From NCBI GenBank assembly GCA_965206595.1, contig OZ242214.1, positions 2,464,001-2,528,000 of the forward strand: DNA of 64,000 nt, read 5' to 3'. This DNA is from Candidatus Latescibacterota bacterium. GTDB taxonomy: Bacteria; Latescibacterota; UBA2968; UBA8231. The notes under the pieces are model-generated. The model searched no databases. It saw nothing but the letters and a program-made list of their open reading frames with translations, and was not told the origin of the DNA. The position numbers and the translations under genes are program-made. Positions 9,804 to 19,267 of this stretch are shown here, piece by piece (position 1 is the stretch's first letter; each line of letters starts with the position of its first letter).

Positions 9804-10690
9804 GTGTCGAAATCTCCCGGCGGGGGTTCGCGCGTGTCGAGGGCCTGCCCGGGGAACAGGCGGTTGAGGGACACCTCCTCGGAGGCGACGGCGATGAGGT
9901 CGTCGTTCTCGTACAGGATCATCGGCTTGGCGGCGAGCCGGTCCTTGGCGTAGCCGATCTCGTCCCGGGTCGACACCAGGAAGGAGAAGGTGCCGTCGAG
10001 GTCGTCGATCGAGTCGGCGAGGGCCTGCTTGAGGGCGATCCCCTGCGACAGCTTGTCGGCGAGGTAGACGGCGATCAGCTCGCTGTCGTTGTCGGTGGTG
10101 AACTGGAAGCCGCGGCGCTCGAGGCGGCGGCGCATCTTCCAGTAGTTGGTGATCTGGCCGTTGTGGACGATGGCGACGTCGGCGAACCCGGTGGCCCAGA
10201 ACGGGTGCGACGCCTCCGGTTTGACGTCGGACTCGGTGGCGAGGCGGACGTGGCCGAGGCCGTGGCTGCCGGTGAAGCTGTCGACGCCGTAGCGCTCGTC
10301 GACCTCGTGGGCCCCGCCGACGTCCTTGATGATCTCGAGGCTGGAGCCGATCGAGACCACCTTGGCGGCCTGCTCGACGGCGTAGGAGAACTTCTGCACG
10401 TCGCCGTCGAACTCGACGGTCACCCTGTAGTTGATTCCCGTCCTCTCTTCGTCCACGATGGCGGCCCCCTGCCCGGCGACCGCCTCGGCGATGCGGGCGA
10501 TCGCGGTTTCCGCCTCCCCACCCTCGCCGACGAAGAAACGCAGCCGCAGCCGCCCTTCCTCTTCCCGGGTGTAGAGGGCGAACCCGGTGGAGTCGGGGCC
10601 GCGGTGCTGGCAGCCGTCGAGCATGTCGACCAGGGCCCGCCCCGTGCCCAGCAGCCTCCCCTTGTACATGATTCCGGCGATTCCACACAT
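9791..10690 (-). CDS. class II glutamine amidotransferase (MgsA/GlxB-like)
   Basis: MCGIAG N-terminal Cys nucleophile, HRGPDSTG, GHVRLATES, HPF, HNGQITNY, TDNDSE. Confidence 0.9.
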   Translation of the reverse strand: MCGIAGIMYKGRLLGTGRALVDMLDGCQHRGPDSTGFALYTREEEGRLRLRFFVGEGGEAETAIARIAEAVAGQGAAIVDEERTGINYRVTVEFDGDVQKFSYAVEQAAKVVSIGSSLEIIKDVGGAHEVDERYGVDSFTGSHGLGHVRLATESDVKPEASHPFWATGFADVAIVHNGQITNYWKMRRRLERRGFQFTTDNDSELIAVYLADKLSQGIALKQALADSIDDLDGTFSFLVSTRDEIGYAKDRLAAKPMILYENDDLIAVASEEVSLNRLFPGQALDTREPPPGDFDTWSR

Positions 10691-10723
10691 GCGCTTTTTC
10701 TCCTTTGCTGCCGGCCTAGGCGC

Positions 10724-11389
10724 TCAACCCCCGGTACCGGCCCGCGGCTCGATGATGACGGACAGAAAGCGGATCGGCAGCTCGACCAGCTCTTCGGGAC
10801 CGTGCGTGGCATCGGCGTCGAAGAAGAGGGAGTCCCCGGCCTCCATGCGGTAGGTGCGGTTGCCGTGGCGGTAGGTGACCTTCCCCTCCAGCATGTGGAT
10901 GAACTCCACGCCGCGATGCTGAAAGAGCGGGAACACGTCGGACTCCTCGGTCAGCGAGATCAGGTACGGCTCGACGAGAAGCTGCCTGTTCACCGTGTGC
11001 CCGAGGAGCTGGTACTGGTGCCCGGCGCGGGTGCCGCGGCGCTCGATGGTCAGCCCCTCCCCCTTGCGCACGAACGACACCTCGCGCTCCTCCTCGTATT
11101 TGCGGAAGCAAGCGGTCACCGGGACATTGAGCGCCCGCGACAGGGATTTGAGGGTGGCCAGCGACGGCGAAGCGATGCCGTTCTCGATCTTGGACAGCAT
11201 GCCCGGCGACAGCCCGGCCTGGTTGGCGAGCTCGGCCGCGGTCATGTTCAGCTGAACGCGGAAATCGCGAATCTGGCGCCCGATGGCGGCCTCGAGCTCG
11301 TTGGCGGGTGCCGACTGCCTGGCGGGATCGCCGTTGCCGTCCGCCGGGGGCCCGGAAAGCCGGTCTTGCGGTATTCTGGCGGTGGTCAT
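10724..11389 (-). CDS. XRE-family HTH + cupin transcriptional regulator
   Basis: LANQAGLSPGMLSKIENGIASPSL HTH; FQHRGVEF...GDSLFFDADATHGP cupin; first gene of the amidotransferase operon. Confidence 0.9.
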   Translation of the reverse strand: MTTARIPQDRLSGPPADGNGDPARQSAPANELEAAIGRQIRDFRVQLNMTAAELANQAGLSPGMLSKIENGIASPSLATLKSLSRALNVPVTACFRKYEEEREVSFVRKGEGLTIERRGTRAGHQYQLLGHTVNRQLLVEPYLISLTEESDVFPLFQHRGVEFIHMLEGKVTYRHGNRTYRMEAGDSLFFDADATHGPEELVELPIRFLSVIIEPRAGTGG

Positions 11390-11531
11390 ACCGGGAAGAT
11401 ACTCCGCCGGTTGTCTCCTGACAACAAAATTGAACCACAGGAAACACCGCCCTTGATCGGCATTCAGGGGTTCAATTTCAACGTGATTATTTGAACTTTA
11501 TTATTTACAAACACATACGGCGAAACCCGAC

Positions 11532-12536
11532 ATGAAACTCGGCATCAATACCCTGTTCATTCTCAAGTACGACCTCGGAGAGGCCCTCCGCTATGCGAAA
11601 AACCTCGGTGCCCGTTGCATCGAAGTCGGCTGTATGGGGGAGGCGACAAAGAAGCACTGCGACGCCGGGAAGCTCGTTGCCGACCGCGGCGAGCTGCGCC
11701 GCTGGCTCGACACCATCGCCGGGCACGGGCTCGAAATCAGCGCCCTGGCCGCCCATGGCGACATGCTCTCACCGGACCGGGAGGCGGCGGCCGGGTGGGC
11801 GCGGGGGTTCCGCACCGCGTGCGAGCTGGCCGAGCTGGCCGCAGTCGAGCTGATCACGCTCAATTCCGGTTGTCCCGAAGGGGCCGAGGGCGACACCGCT
11901 CCCTGCTGGATCACCGACGTCTTCAACGCCGAATCCCGCAACATCCTGAAATGGCAGTGGGAGGAGCGGGTGATCCCGTTCTGGCGCGAGCAGGCGAAGA
12001 TCGCCTCCGACCACGGCTGCCGGCTCTGCATCGAGCCCTGGATCGGCGACGTCGTGCACACCCCCGCCACGTTGATGAAGCTGCGCGATGCCGTCGGCGA
12101 GGCGATCGGCTGCAACTTCGATCCGTCCCATCTGTTCGTGCAGCACGTCGACGTGCTCGAATCGATCCGCTACCTCGGCGACCTCATCCGGCACATCCAC
12201 ATGAAGGACACCCGCATCGACCCGCACAACCTGCGCCTGCAGGGGCTGCTCGACACGACCGTCCCCCCGACCGATCCGAAAAACCGCGTGTGGACGTTCA
12301 CGTGCGTCGGCTGGGGGCACGACGAGAGCTTCTGGCGCGACTTCATCACCAACCTGCGGTTCGTCGGGTACGAAGGCGCGCTGTCGGTGGAGATGGAGTC
12401 CGACTACATGGACATCGACGACGGCATGGAGAAGCAGTTCGACCTGCTGCGCCGCCTGGTGCTGGCTCCACCGCCGGCTCCCGGGGAGCGCTGGTGGGAA
12501 GTGGCGGGCCTGGACGGGATCGGGCGGGACGAATGA
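11532..12536 (+). CDS. sugar phosphate isomerase/epimerase (IolE/MocC-like TIM barrel)
   Basis: CIEP, NFDPSHLF, HIHMKDT, GYEGALSVEME motifs. Confidence 0.85.
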   Translation: MKLGINTLFILKYDLGEALRYAKNLGARCIEVGCMGEATKKHCDAGKLVADRGELRRWLDTIAGHGLEISALAAHGDMLSPDREAAAGWARGFRTACELAELAAVELITLNSGCPEGAEGDTAPCWITDVFNAESRNILKWQWEERVIPFWREQAKIASDHGCRLCIEPWIGDVVHTPATLMKLRDAVGEAIGCNFDPSHLFVQHVDVLESIRYLGDLIRHIHMKDTRIDPHNLRLQGLLDTTVPPTDPKNRVWTFTCVGWGHDESFWRDFITNLRFVGYEGALSVEMESDYMDIDDGMEKQFDLLRRLVLAPPPAPGERWWEVAGLDGIGRDE

Positions 12537-12570
12537 CCGCAGCGCCCCCAACCGAAACGGAGCTCGAACG

Positions 12571-13309
12571 ATGGGAAAGCTGACACCTGCCGGTGCACCC
12601 CCTTCGACGCACTGGTACGAAACCGCCGGCCTCGGGATGTTCATCCACTGGGGGCTCTCCAGCGTCCGCGCCGTAGGCGACCTCTCCTGGTCGATGATCA
12701 GGGACACCCCCTACGACGCCGAGCTCGACAACCGCAACAAGCTGACCCCCGAGGAGTACCGGAAGCAGGCGGACGAGTTCGATCCGGACAGCTACGACCC
12801 GGACCTGTGGATGCGGGCCGCGAGGGAGGCCGGCTTCCGCTACGCCGTGCTGACCACCCGCCATCACGACGGCTACGCCCTGTGGCCGAGCGCCTTCGGC
12901 GATTTCAGCACCCGAACCCACATGGGGGGCCGCGACCTGGTGCGGCCGTTCGTCGATGCCTGCCGCGACAACGGCATCAAGGTCGGCTTCTACTACTCCC
13001 CCGGGGACTGGTACCGCGAGCGCCACCGCCGCTCGTTCGGCTATTTCCAGACCTTCGGCCTGCGCCACGAGCCGATCGAGCTCCAGGAGTGGGACCCCGG
13101 ACTCCGGGATGCCGCAGCAGGAGTGGGTCACCAACGAAAAGAGGAAGCACGAGGAGGAGGAGGCGCCCTACGTCATCGGCCAGATGGAGGAGCTGCTGAC
13201 CCGCTACGGCGACCTCGACGTCTTCTGGTACGACGGCGGCTCGGCGATGACCAACGAGTGCGTCCGCGAGCTGCAGCGGAACGTCATGATAAACGACCGC
13301 GGTGTGTGA
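12571..13309 (+). pseudogene. alpha-L-fucosidase (GH29), frameshifted and 3'-truncated
   Basis: GMFIHWG, LTTRHHDGYALWPS, GFYYS; second frame gives EELLTRYGDLDVFWYDGG...INDR, then the sequence switches abruptly. Confidence 0.85.
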
Positions 13310-13313
13310 CGGA

Positions 13314-13325
13314 TTGGTATACCAA
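13314..13325. promoter_or_regulatory. GntR/FadR-type operator palindrome TTGGTATACCAA
   Basis: perfect 12-bp palindrome matching the core of the UxuR/ExuR-type consensus. Confidence 0.45.
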
Positions 13326-13422
13326 ATATACCAAGAATCCCTGATTATCAGGGCTGTGAAGGGGGGGGGGTTTTACGAGAGAATCATGCTTGTAACTGCC
13401 TATTTTCTGGAAGACTCCTTCC

Positions 13423-13779
13423 ATGAAATCCGCCGTTATCTTGCTGCTTCTGTTCCCGTTGCCGGGCCGCTTGTGGCCCAACCGGACGACTTTCAGGCAT
13501 CTGGGAGGGACCCATAGATTCGGATTTAACAGCCCGTTGATAAAGTTGCACCCGGTCCTCCTCCTCGGCGGCAATATCCGCCTCTCCGAGACCATTTCCG
13601 TGGTCTCCGAAAACTGGATCATCACCGGCCAGAATCGCGGGCTTGACGAACAGCCCCTGGGCATCGCCTTGCGCTTTTTCGGCTCCAGGATAGCTGTCGA
13701 CGCAGGTGCCATTTTCGTCCTCGAGGAGGGGGGATTCCCCTTCCCATGGCTTTCTTTCGTCTACAACTTCAGCAATTGA
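13423..13779 (+). pseudogene. signal peptide joined to an outer-membrane beta-barrel-type C-terminus (probable internal deletion remnant)
   Basis: MKSAVILLLLFP leader; amphipathic strands ending PWLSFVYNFSN; too short for a complete barrel. Confidence 0.4.
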
Positions 13780-13863
13780 GCCGGGTTGATCTTCATACTG
13801 AAGTGCGCTCATTCCCGTAATCCGTCTTGTTTCTGCCTGCCCCTGCCCTTTTACAAGATTGAA

Positions 13864-14475
13864 ATGATTTCAGCATACAAAATAAAACCAGCGTTTCAGC
13901 AACTGCTTAAGCCGTTGCTGAACAGGTTGCACAAGGCCGGGGTCAGCGCCAACGGCATTACCTGGACGGCCCTGTTTTTGTCGGCGGTCATCGGGGTACT
14001 GTTCTGGTTCTTTCCCAACGGGCATATGCTCTGGGTATTCGCCGTTGCTCTGCTTGTGAGGATGGCCCTGAATACCCTGGACGGGATGATGGCGCGAACG
14101 CATGGCATGGCGAGCGTTTCCGGGGAGATACTGAACGAGCTGGGCGACGTTCTTTCCGATGCGGTGATGTACTTGCCCCTGATAAAACTTGCAGGGATGA
14201 ACCCATGGTGGGTGGTGTCGTTCGTTTTTCTTTCCCTGCTGAACGAGTTCGTCGGGGTGTTGATGAAGGCTGCGACCGGAACGCGGCGATACGACGGCCC
14301 CATGGGAAAGAGCGACAGGGCACTGGTTCTGGGCCTCGCCTGCCTGCTGTCATTCTTCTGGCCCGGGGCAATGGTGTCCTTCGACTACATTTTTCCCGGT
14401 ATGAGTCTTCTGTTGGTTGCGAGTTCGACGGTCCGCATAAAAAAGGGACTGGCTTCTACGGGCAATCGATCATGA
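13864..14475 (+). CDS. CDP-alcohol phosphatidyltransferase (YnbA-like)
   Basis: YKIKPAFQQLL, RMALNTLDGMMAR...GEILNELGDVLSD signature, RRYDGPMGKSDRA. Confidence 0.9.
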   Translation: MISAYKIKPAFQQLLKPLLNRLHKAGVSANGITWTALFLSAVIGVLFWFFPNGHMLWVFAVALLVRMALNTLDGMMARTHGMASVSGEILNELGDVLSDAVMYLPLIKLAGMNPWWVVSFVFLSLLNEFVGVLMKAATGTRRYDGPMGKSDRALVLGLACLLSFFWPGAMVSFDYIFPGMSLLLVASSTVRIKKGLASTGNRS

Positions 14476-15416
14476 ACCTGTTCATAGTACCACGGGAAAT
14501 TGCCCTGGTCATCGGGCTGATTTTCGGTCTCCTGGTTTTTGCGACCCTCCTTTTCTGGCTACTGGGAAAGGCGAAACCCCAGGGCGATTTCACCGAATTG
14601 AAGACGAGGACCCGATCCTGGTGGGCAATGGCTACCATCTTTGTCCTGGCGACCATTCTCCATCCTGTCATCACCTTTGTTTCGCTCGGACTGCTTTCCT
14701 TTTTCGCCTTGAGGGAGATATCGTCCATCAGCAAGAATGTAAGGGACGCCGACCGCGGGGTATTGATCTGGTGTTACCTGGCTATCCCGGTTCAATACGG
14801 TTTCGCCTACATCGGCCACTACGGCCTGTTTCTCATCTTCATTCCGGTGTTCATGTACATATGGATCCCCTTCATGCTGGTCCTCAAGGGAGAAACCGAG
14901 GATATCAGCCGGTCGATGAGTGTTCTTCCCACCCAGTTGATTTTTACGGTATTCGGGGTCAGTCATCTGGCTTTTCTCGTTTCCCTGCCCGGCCTTCCCG
15001 GGTTCGATGCAGGGGGGAGAGGGCTGTTGCTGTTCATCGTATTCATCACCGAACTGAACGACGTGTTGCAGTTTACATGGGGGAAGTTGCTTGGAAGGTA
15101 CCGGATCGTTCCCAAGGTGAGTCCCGGAAAGACCTGGGAAGGGCTGATAGGGGGGATCATCACCACTATGGTCGTCGGCTACCTCCTGCGCTTCCTGACC
15201 CCCTTCTCCGAGACGGAAGTCCTGATTGCCTGTGGTCTCAGCGCTGTCATCGGGTTCATTGGAGACGTGATCGTCTCCGCAATCAAGAGAGATCTGGGTC
15301 TCAAGGATACAGGAAAGGCAATTCCCGGGCATGGCGGGATTCTGGACAGGATAGATTCCCTGGCGCCTACGGCCCCGGTCTTCTTTCACATCGTATATAA
15401 CCTGCACTACGTCTGA
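14472..15416 (+). CDS. phosphatidate cytidylyltransferase (YnbB/CdsA-like)
   Basis: VSPGKTWEG, SAIKRDLGLKDTGKAIPGHGGILDRIDSL; ATGA overlap with upstream gene. Confidence 0.9.
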   Translation: MNLFIVPREIALVIGLIFGLLVFATLLFWLLGKAKPQGDFTELKTRTRSWWAMATIFVLATILHPVITFVSLGLLSFFALREISSISKNVRDADRGVLIWCYLAIPVQYGFAYIGHYGLFLIFIPVFMYIWIPFMLVLKGETEDISRSMSVLPTQLIFTVFGVSHLAFLVSLPGLPGFDAGGRGLLLFIVFITELNDVLQFTWGKLLGRYRIVPKVSPGKTWEGLIGGIITTMVVGYLLRFLTPFSETEVLIACGLSAVIGFIGDVIVSAIKRDLGLKDTGKAIPGHGGILDRIDSLAPTAPVFFHIVYNLHYV

Positions 15417-15430
15417 ACCGGAGGGCTCCG

Positions 15431-17210
15431 ATGCGACTTCCCGGGAAAAACGCTGTCCTGCTCTCGTTGTCGGCCACTTTCTGCGTTCCGGCGGACGCCG
15501 CGCCTCGGGAAGACTCCCCTCCCCCGGGATGGCGGATTCACCGGTCCATCCCTCCTCACAGCGCCGCGACCCACGCGGTGGTTCCGGGGGCAAGGTTCCG
15601 GGCAGGGGCGTTCAAACGCTGGCTCTACGGCAGCGACTACCGCAATCTCTGGACCACCCCCATCGAGGTCGCGGTCCTCGACCTCGACGGCGTCGGAGGC
15701 GGCCTGACGCCGCTGCGCACCGGCGGGTTCGGGCAGTCCATCTCCCTTCCCTTCACGGGAGAGGACGGCCGCCGGTACACGGTTCGCTCCCTCGACAAGG
15801 ATCCCACCAAGAGGATCTGGGACGAACTCAAGGGCACGATCGCCGACGACCTGCTGCAGGACCTGATCGCCTCGCTCCTCCCGACAGGGGCGCTCGTGAC
15901 CGATCCGCTGATGGAAGCCACCGGCATCCTTCATTCCAAACACAGGCTCGTCGTCATTCCGGACGATCCTAAGCTGGGGGAGTACCGCGAGGAGTTTGCC
16001 GGCCTCATAGGCACGCTGCAGGAACACCCTTCCGAAGGAGTGGACGATACTCCCGGCTTTGCCGGTTCCCGCAAGATCAACGGAACCGAGAAGCTGTGGA
16101 AGCACCTGGAAAAAACCCCGTGCAACCGCGTCGATGCCCGCGCCTACCTGAAGGCGAAGCTGATGGACTTCCTCATCGGCGACAAGGACCGCCATTTCGG
16201 CCAGTGGAGGTGGGCGCGGTTCCCTGACGGGGACTGCTTTACCTGGGTTGTGATACCCGAGGACCGCGACCAGGCTTTCATCGATCTCGACGGGTTCGCC
16301 ATGGCCGTGGCGCGCAGGGGGCTTCCCAGGCAAATCGAGTTCAAAGACACGTTACCCGAGCCTGGTGGGCCTGTCGACTACCGGTTGGGAGATGGACCGG
16401 GAGTTCCTCGTCGAGCTCGACAGGGCTGCGTGGGACTCGGTGGTGACGGAGTTCCGCGGCGACCTGCCCGACCCGGTCATCGAGGATGCGGTCCAGAGAC
16501 TCCCGGCGCCCTACTACGCGATGATCGGGGAGGACCTTGCCAAGGCGCTGAAATCGAGGCGGGACGCGTTGCCCGGGTTTGTCGGGCGATACTACGAGTT
16601 GATCACCCGTGAGGCGGAAATCCAGGCGACCGACAAGGACGAATACGTCCTGTGTGAGCACTTGGCCAGCGGCGATCTCGCGGTCCGGATCGGTCTGACG
16701 GAAGGCCCAGGTGGAAAGAGAGAAAACCCCTACTTCCGGAGGATCTTCCGTCCCGGGGAAACCCGGGAGGTCCGCATATACCTCCGCGGGGGAGACGACA
16801 GCGCGGAGATATCGGGGGCCAGGGGAAAGATTGCGGTTCGTATCGATGGCGGAGGGGGAGACGACAGCTACACCAACTCCTCCCGGGCCGGCGCTTCAAG
16901 GACAAGGTTTTTCGATTACCGCGGGAACAAGGGCAAGGGAGCGAAGATCGACGAGAGCCCCTACAAGCGTCCTCCCGCACCGGTTCTGCGTGCGCGCTAC
17001 GCACTGGACTGGGGCAGGCAGACGATTGCCTTCCCGGTCTTCATGGTGAGCCCCGACCTGGGTGTCTTTGTGGGAGGTGTGGCCAGCAGGCAGTACTTCG
17101 GGTATCGAAAGGACCCCTACTCTTCGAGCCACTCCATAAACGCCGGGCTGGCCGTGAATCGTCTCAAGCCGTTTGTGTCCTACACGGGCACCTTCCGCCG
17201 GTCGCTGCTC
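15431..17210 (+). pseudogene. large secreted protein of the kind usually ending in a BamA/TamA-type barrel; frameshift ~16350, truncated ~17210
   Basis: signal peptide, GSDYRNLWTTPIEV, GGFGQS, RSLDKDP, GDKDRHFGQWRW, PEDRDQAF, ETREVRIYLRGGDD, YFGYRKDPY; barrel missing. Confidence 0.6.
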
Positions 17211-17211
17211 G

Positions 17212-17508
17212 GCGGGGGCAGACAAGAAGGCCATTGCCGCCGGAACACCCAGCGACGCCCGGATCGAAGTGCATGCAACGAAAGTCAATGCGGCTCGGAA
17301 AGCAGTGGCGCTCATTCTGGAATCCAGCACCAGGCGATGGCAGTTGGCCAACGTGGCCAGGAATCAGGACGGAACGGCGGTCGTCGCGTTCGATGTCTGG
17401 TTGAAGCAAACCGTCGATCCGGCTTCCATCGTCCGGGAAATCGAAGAGGCCGGGAAGAAGAGTATCAGCAACGTGCAACTGAAGGGGTACAGCCCCGCAA
17501 CCAGGTGA
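17212..17508 (+). pseudogene. C-terminal fragment of an unrelated protein (possibly DUF4956-like ACT-type tail)
   Basis: coding-like frame ADKKAIAAG...VAFDVWLKQTVDPASIVREIEE...* begins at a junction with the previous gene. Confidence 0.35.
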
Positions 17509-17513
17509 TTGCC

Positions 17514-18473
17514 ATGGGTCGCGGAGAAAAATCCCTACTGGGATTTCTCGGTTTCGGCATTCTCGTCTACCTGTTTGCGATCAGCCATGGAGGGGATTCC
17601 CCCGCGGATGCGAGCAGGGATTCCACGAACCTCGATTCGGATACTTCCGCGGCACGCTCCGTGGTGGACACGAGGGCGGTTTCGCAGCCGGGAGTGTCTC
17701 TCGGAAGTTATGGGCTGAAAGCGGAGACCGCGGCGCACTTGAAGCTTCCTGGACGTCTCAGGGAAATCTCGGGTCTGGCCATGACCGGGGACGGCCGGCT
17801 CCTAGCGCACAACGATGAAAGGGGAGCCGTTTACGAGATCGACTACCGGGACGGGTCCATCGTAAAAACCTTCCAGCTGGCGGATACGGCGAATCCGGTT
17901 GCCGGCGATTTCGAGGGCATTGCCACAGCCGGGGAGCAGATCTACCTGGTCACCAGTTCAGGACGGCTGTACGAGTTCACCGAGGGCGCCGACCGGGAGT
18001 CCGTCCTGTTCAATGCCTATGCTACCGGGGTCGGCAGGGACTGCGAAATAGAAGGCCTGGCGTATAACGACAGCCGGCGGGAACTTCTATTGATGTGCAA
18101 AGGTTCCCGCAGTGCAGACCTGAAAGGTAGGTTGGCAATATATCATTGGTCGATCGACGGGAAGCAGCTGAGCGAGAATCCCCGTACGGTAATCCCTGTC
18201 ATTGAATTCTCCCGGCCCATCGCGCAAACCAAGTTCCAGCCTTCCGGAATCGAGCGGCACCCTGCCTCGGGAAACTACTTCGTCGTGGCGGCCCGTCAGC
18301 GCGCCATCGCGGAGATCACCCCGGACGGACAGGTCTTAGCCGTCAGGCAGTTTCCCGCCAAATGGCATCGCCAGGTTGAAGGCATCACTTTCGCCGCGGA
18401 CAACACGCTGATCGTTGCCGATGAGGGCGCAGGGAAAAAAGCCGGAATAACAAGTTTACCCGGTTTCGGGTAG
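17514..18473 (+). CDS. SdiA-regulated (YjiK-like) beta-propeller protein
   Basis: N-terminal TM; LREISGL, AHNDERG, GDFEGIA, CEIEGLAY, FQPSGIE, QVEGITF, ADEG. Confidence 0.8.
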   Translation: MGRGEKSLLGFLGFGILVYLFAISHGGDSPADASRDSTNLDSDTSAARSVVDTRAVSQPGVSLGSYGLKAETAAHLKLPGRLREISGLAMTGDGRLLAHNDERGAVYEIDYRDGSIVKTFQLADTANPVAGDFEGIATAGEQIYLVTSSGRLYEFTEGADRESVLFNAYATGVGRDCEIEGLAYNDSRRELLLMCKGSRSADLKGRLAIYHWSIDGKQLSENPRTVIPVIEFSRPIAQTKFQPSGIERHPASGNYFVVAARQRAIAEITPDGQVLAVRQFPAKWHRQVEGITFAADNTLIVADEGAGKKAGITSLPGFG

Positions 18474-18526
18474 CGTCAAGTAGCGAAGCCCGACCCGCAC
18501 CAAGCCTGGAACCCGTCTGCCAAAAT

Positions 18527-18640
18527 CTCATAAAAGAAAACCGGTTCAACGTTGCCTTGTTGGCGGCTGTCCTGTTCGTGCAGGTCAGCCGCGCCCAGGA
18601 CTATACCCGCTCGAATTTGCCCGTAGGCCCCTCGTCCGAA
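18527..18640 (+). pseudogene. N-terminal remnant of a secreted WD40-type protein
   Basis: NVALLAAVLFVQVSRAQDYTRSNLPVG parallels IAHDHYTWGLPEG at the start of the 48087..50600 protein. Confidence 0.35.
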
Positions 18641-18687
18641 TGCAAAGAAAGATATCACCTGTCAGAGGTTGTAAATTCAAACGGAAA

Positions 18688-18712
18688 CCGTCCGTGAAAC
18701 CGGGGTCTCCCA
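18688..18712 (+). mobile_element. isolated IS3-family right-end remnant
   Basis: CCGTCCGTGAAACCGGGGTCTCCCA resembles the IS3 right end CCGTCCACCGTACGGGGGTAGCTCCA at 47244-47269. Confidence 0.4.
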
Positions 18713-19017
18713 TCATGCTGGTACGTACCGCTGTACGCTGATCTCGTTTGCCCGGGAGCGCATCTGCGAGGCGTCATACCAGGCCTGCATCCGCAACAAC
18801 ATGTCCATGCTCACGGCAAAAGCCTTCTCGATACGAAGCGCCATCTCCGGCGATAGGGAAGCGTTGCCGTTCAGAAGGTCGGAAAGCGTCGCCCGGCGGA
18901 CTCCCAGAATCTCGGCTGCCCTGGTCACGTTCAGCCCCAACTCCTCGATAACTTCCGTTCTGATGAAGTCGCCGGATGCGCAGGGGTCATGTTCACTTCG
19001 ATGCCGCCGGTAGCCAT
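18713..19017 (-). CDS. higA: HigA family antitoxin (apparent 1-nt frameshift near 18972)
   Basis: MTPAHP/GDFIRTEVIEELGLNVTRAAEILGVRRATLSDLLNGNASLSPEMALRIEKAF; TGATG overlap with toxin. Confidence 0.85.
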
Positions 19018-19240
19018 CAGTGGTAATCCTCCAAGTTCAAGCGGTCGATTCGGCCGTTCTCTTCTTCGAACGTAATCCGCCAATTAGCCGGATACTAAGA
19101 CGCTCCATTCGTCCTGACGAATACCTGAGAGCGGGTGGATGCGCCAGCCACGGAGCGCATCGGCAATGAAGCTGTCCAAATCCTCTGCCAGGATCAGTGC
19201 CGTCAAGATCTTGCGCACCCGGTCTACCTCCCAAGACCAA
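19017..19240 (-). pseudogene. higB: HigB (RelE-like) toxin, 5'-truncated and frameshifted
   Basis: RVRKILTAL...GWRIHPLSG...WSV/ANWRITFEE...LNLEDYH*. Confidence 0.75.
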
Positions 19241-19267
19241 CTCAACTGAGCTGTCCCCCGCCCCTGT

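Noticed and set aside
5116-10688. Very long ORFs (982, 899, 1373, 946, 686 aa) over the synthase operon
   Set aside because: Antisense or off-frame shadows of high-GC genes, or upstream extensions overlapping the previous gene; real starts are at 7851 and 9803
16365-18473. 702-aa ORF as a single fusion protein
   Set aside because: Chance read-through across a deletion junction; the middle is off-frame nonsense and the SdiA-like gene has its own start at 17514
18661-18670. GTCAGAGGTT match to tRNA-Val as an attachment-site duplicate
   Set aside because: Only 10 bp, does not extend to the tRNA 3' end, expected by chance
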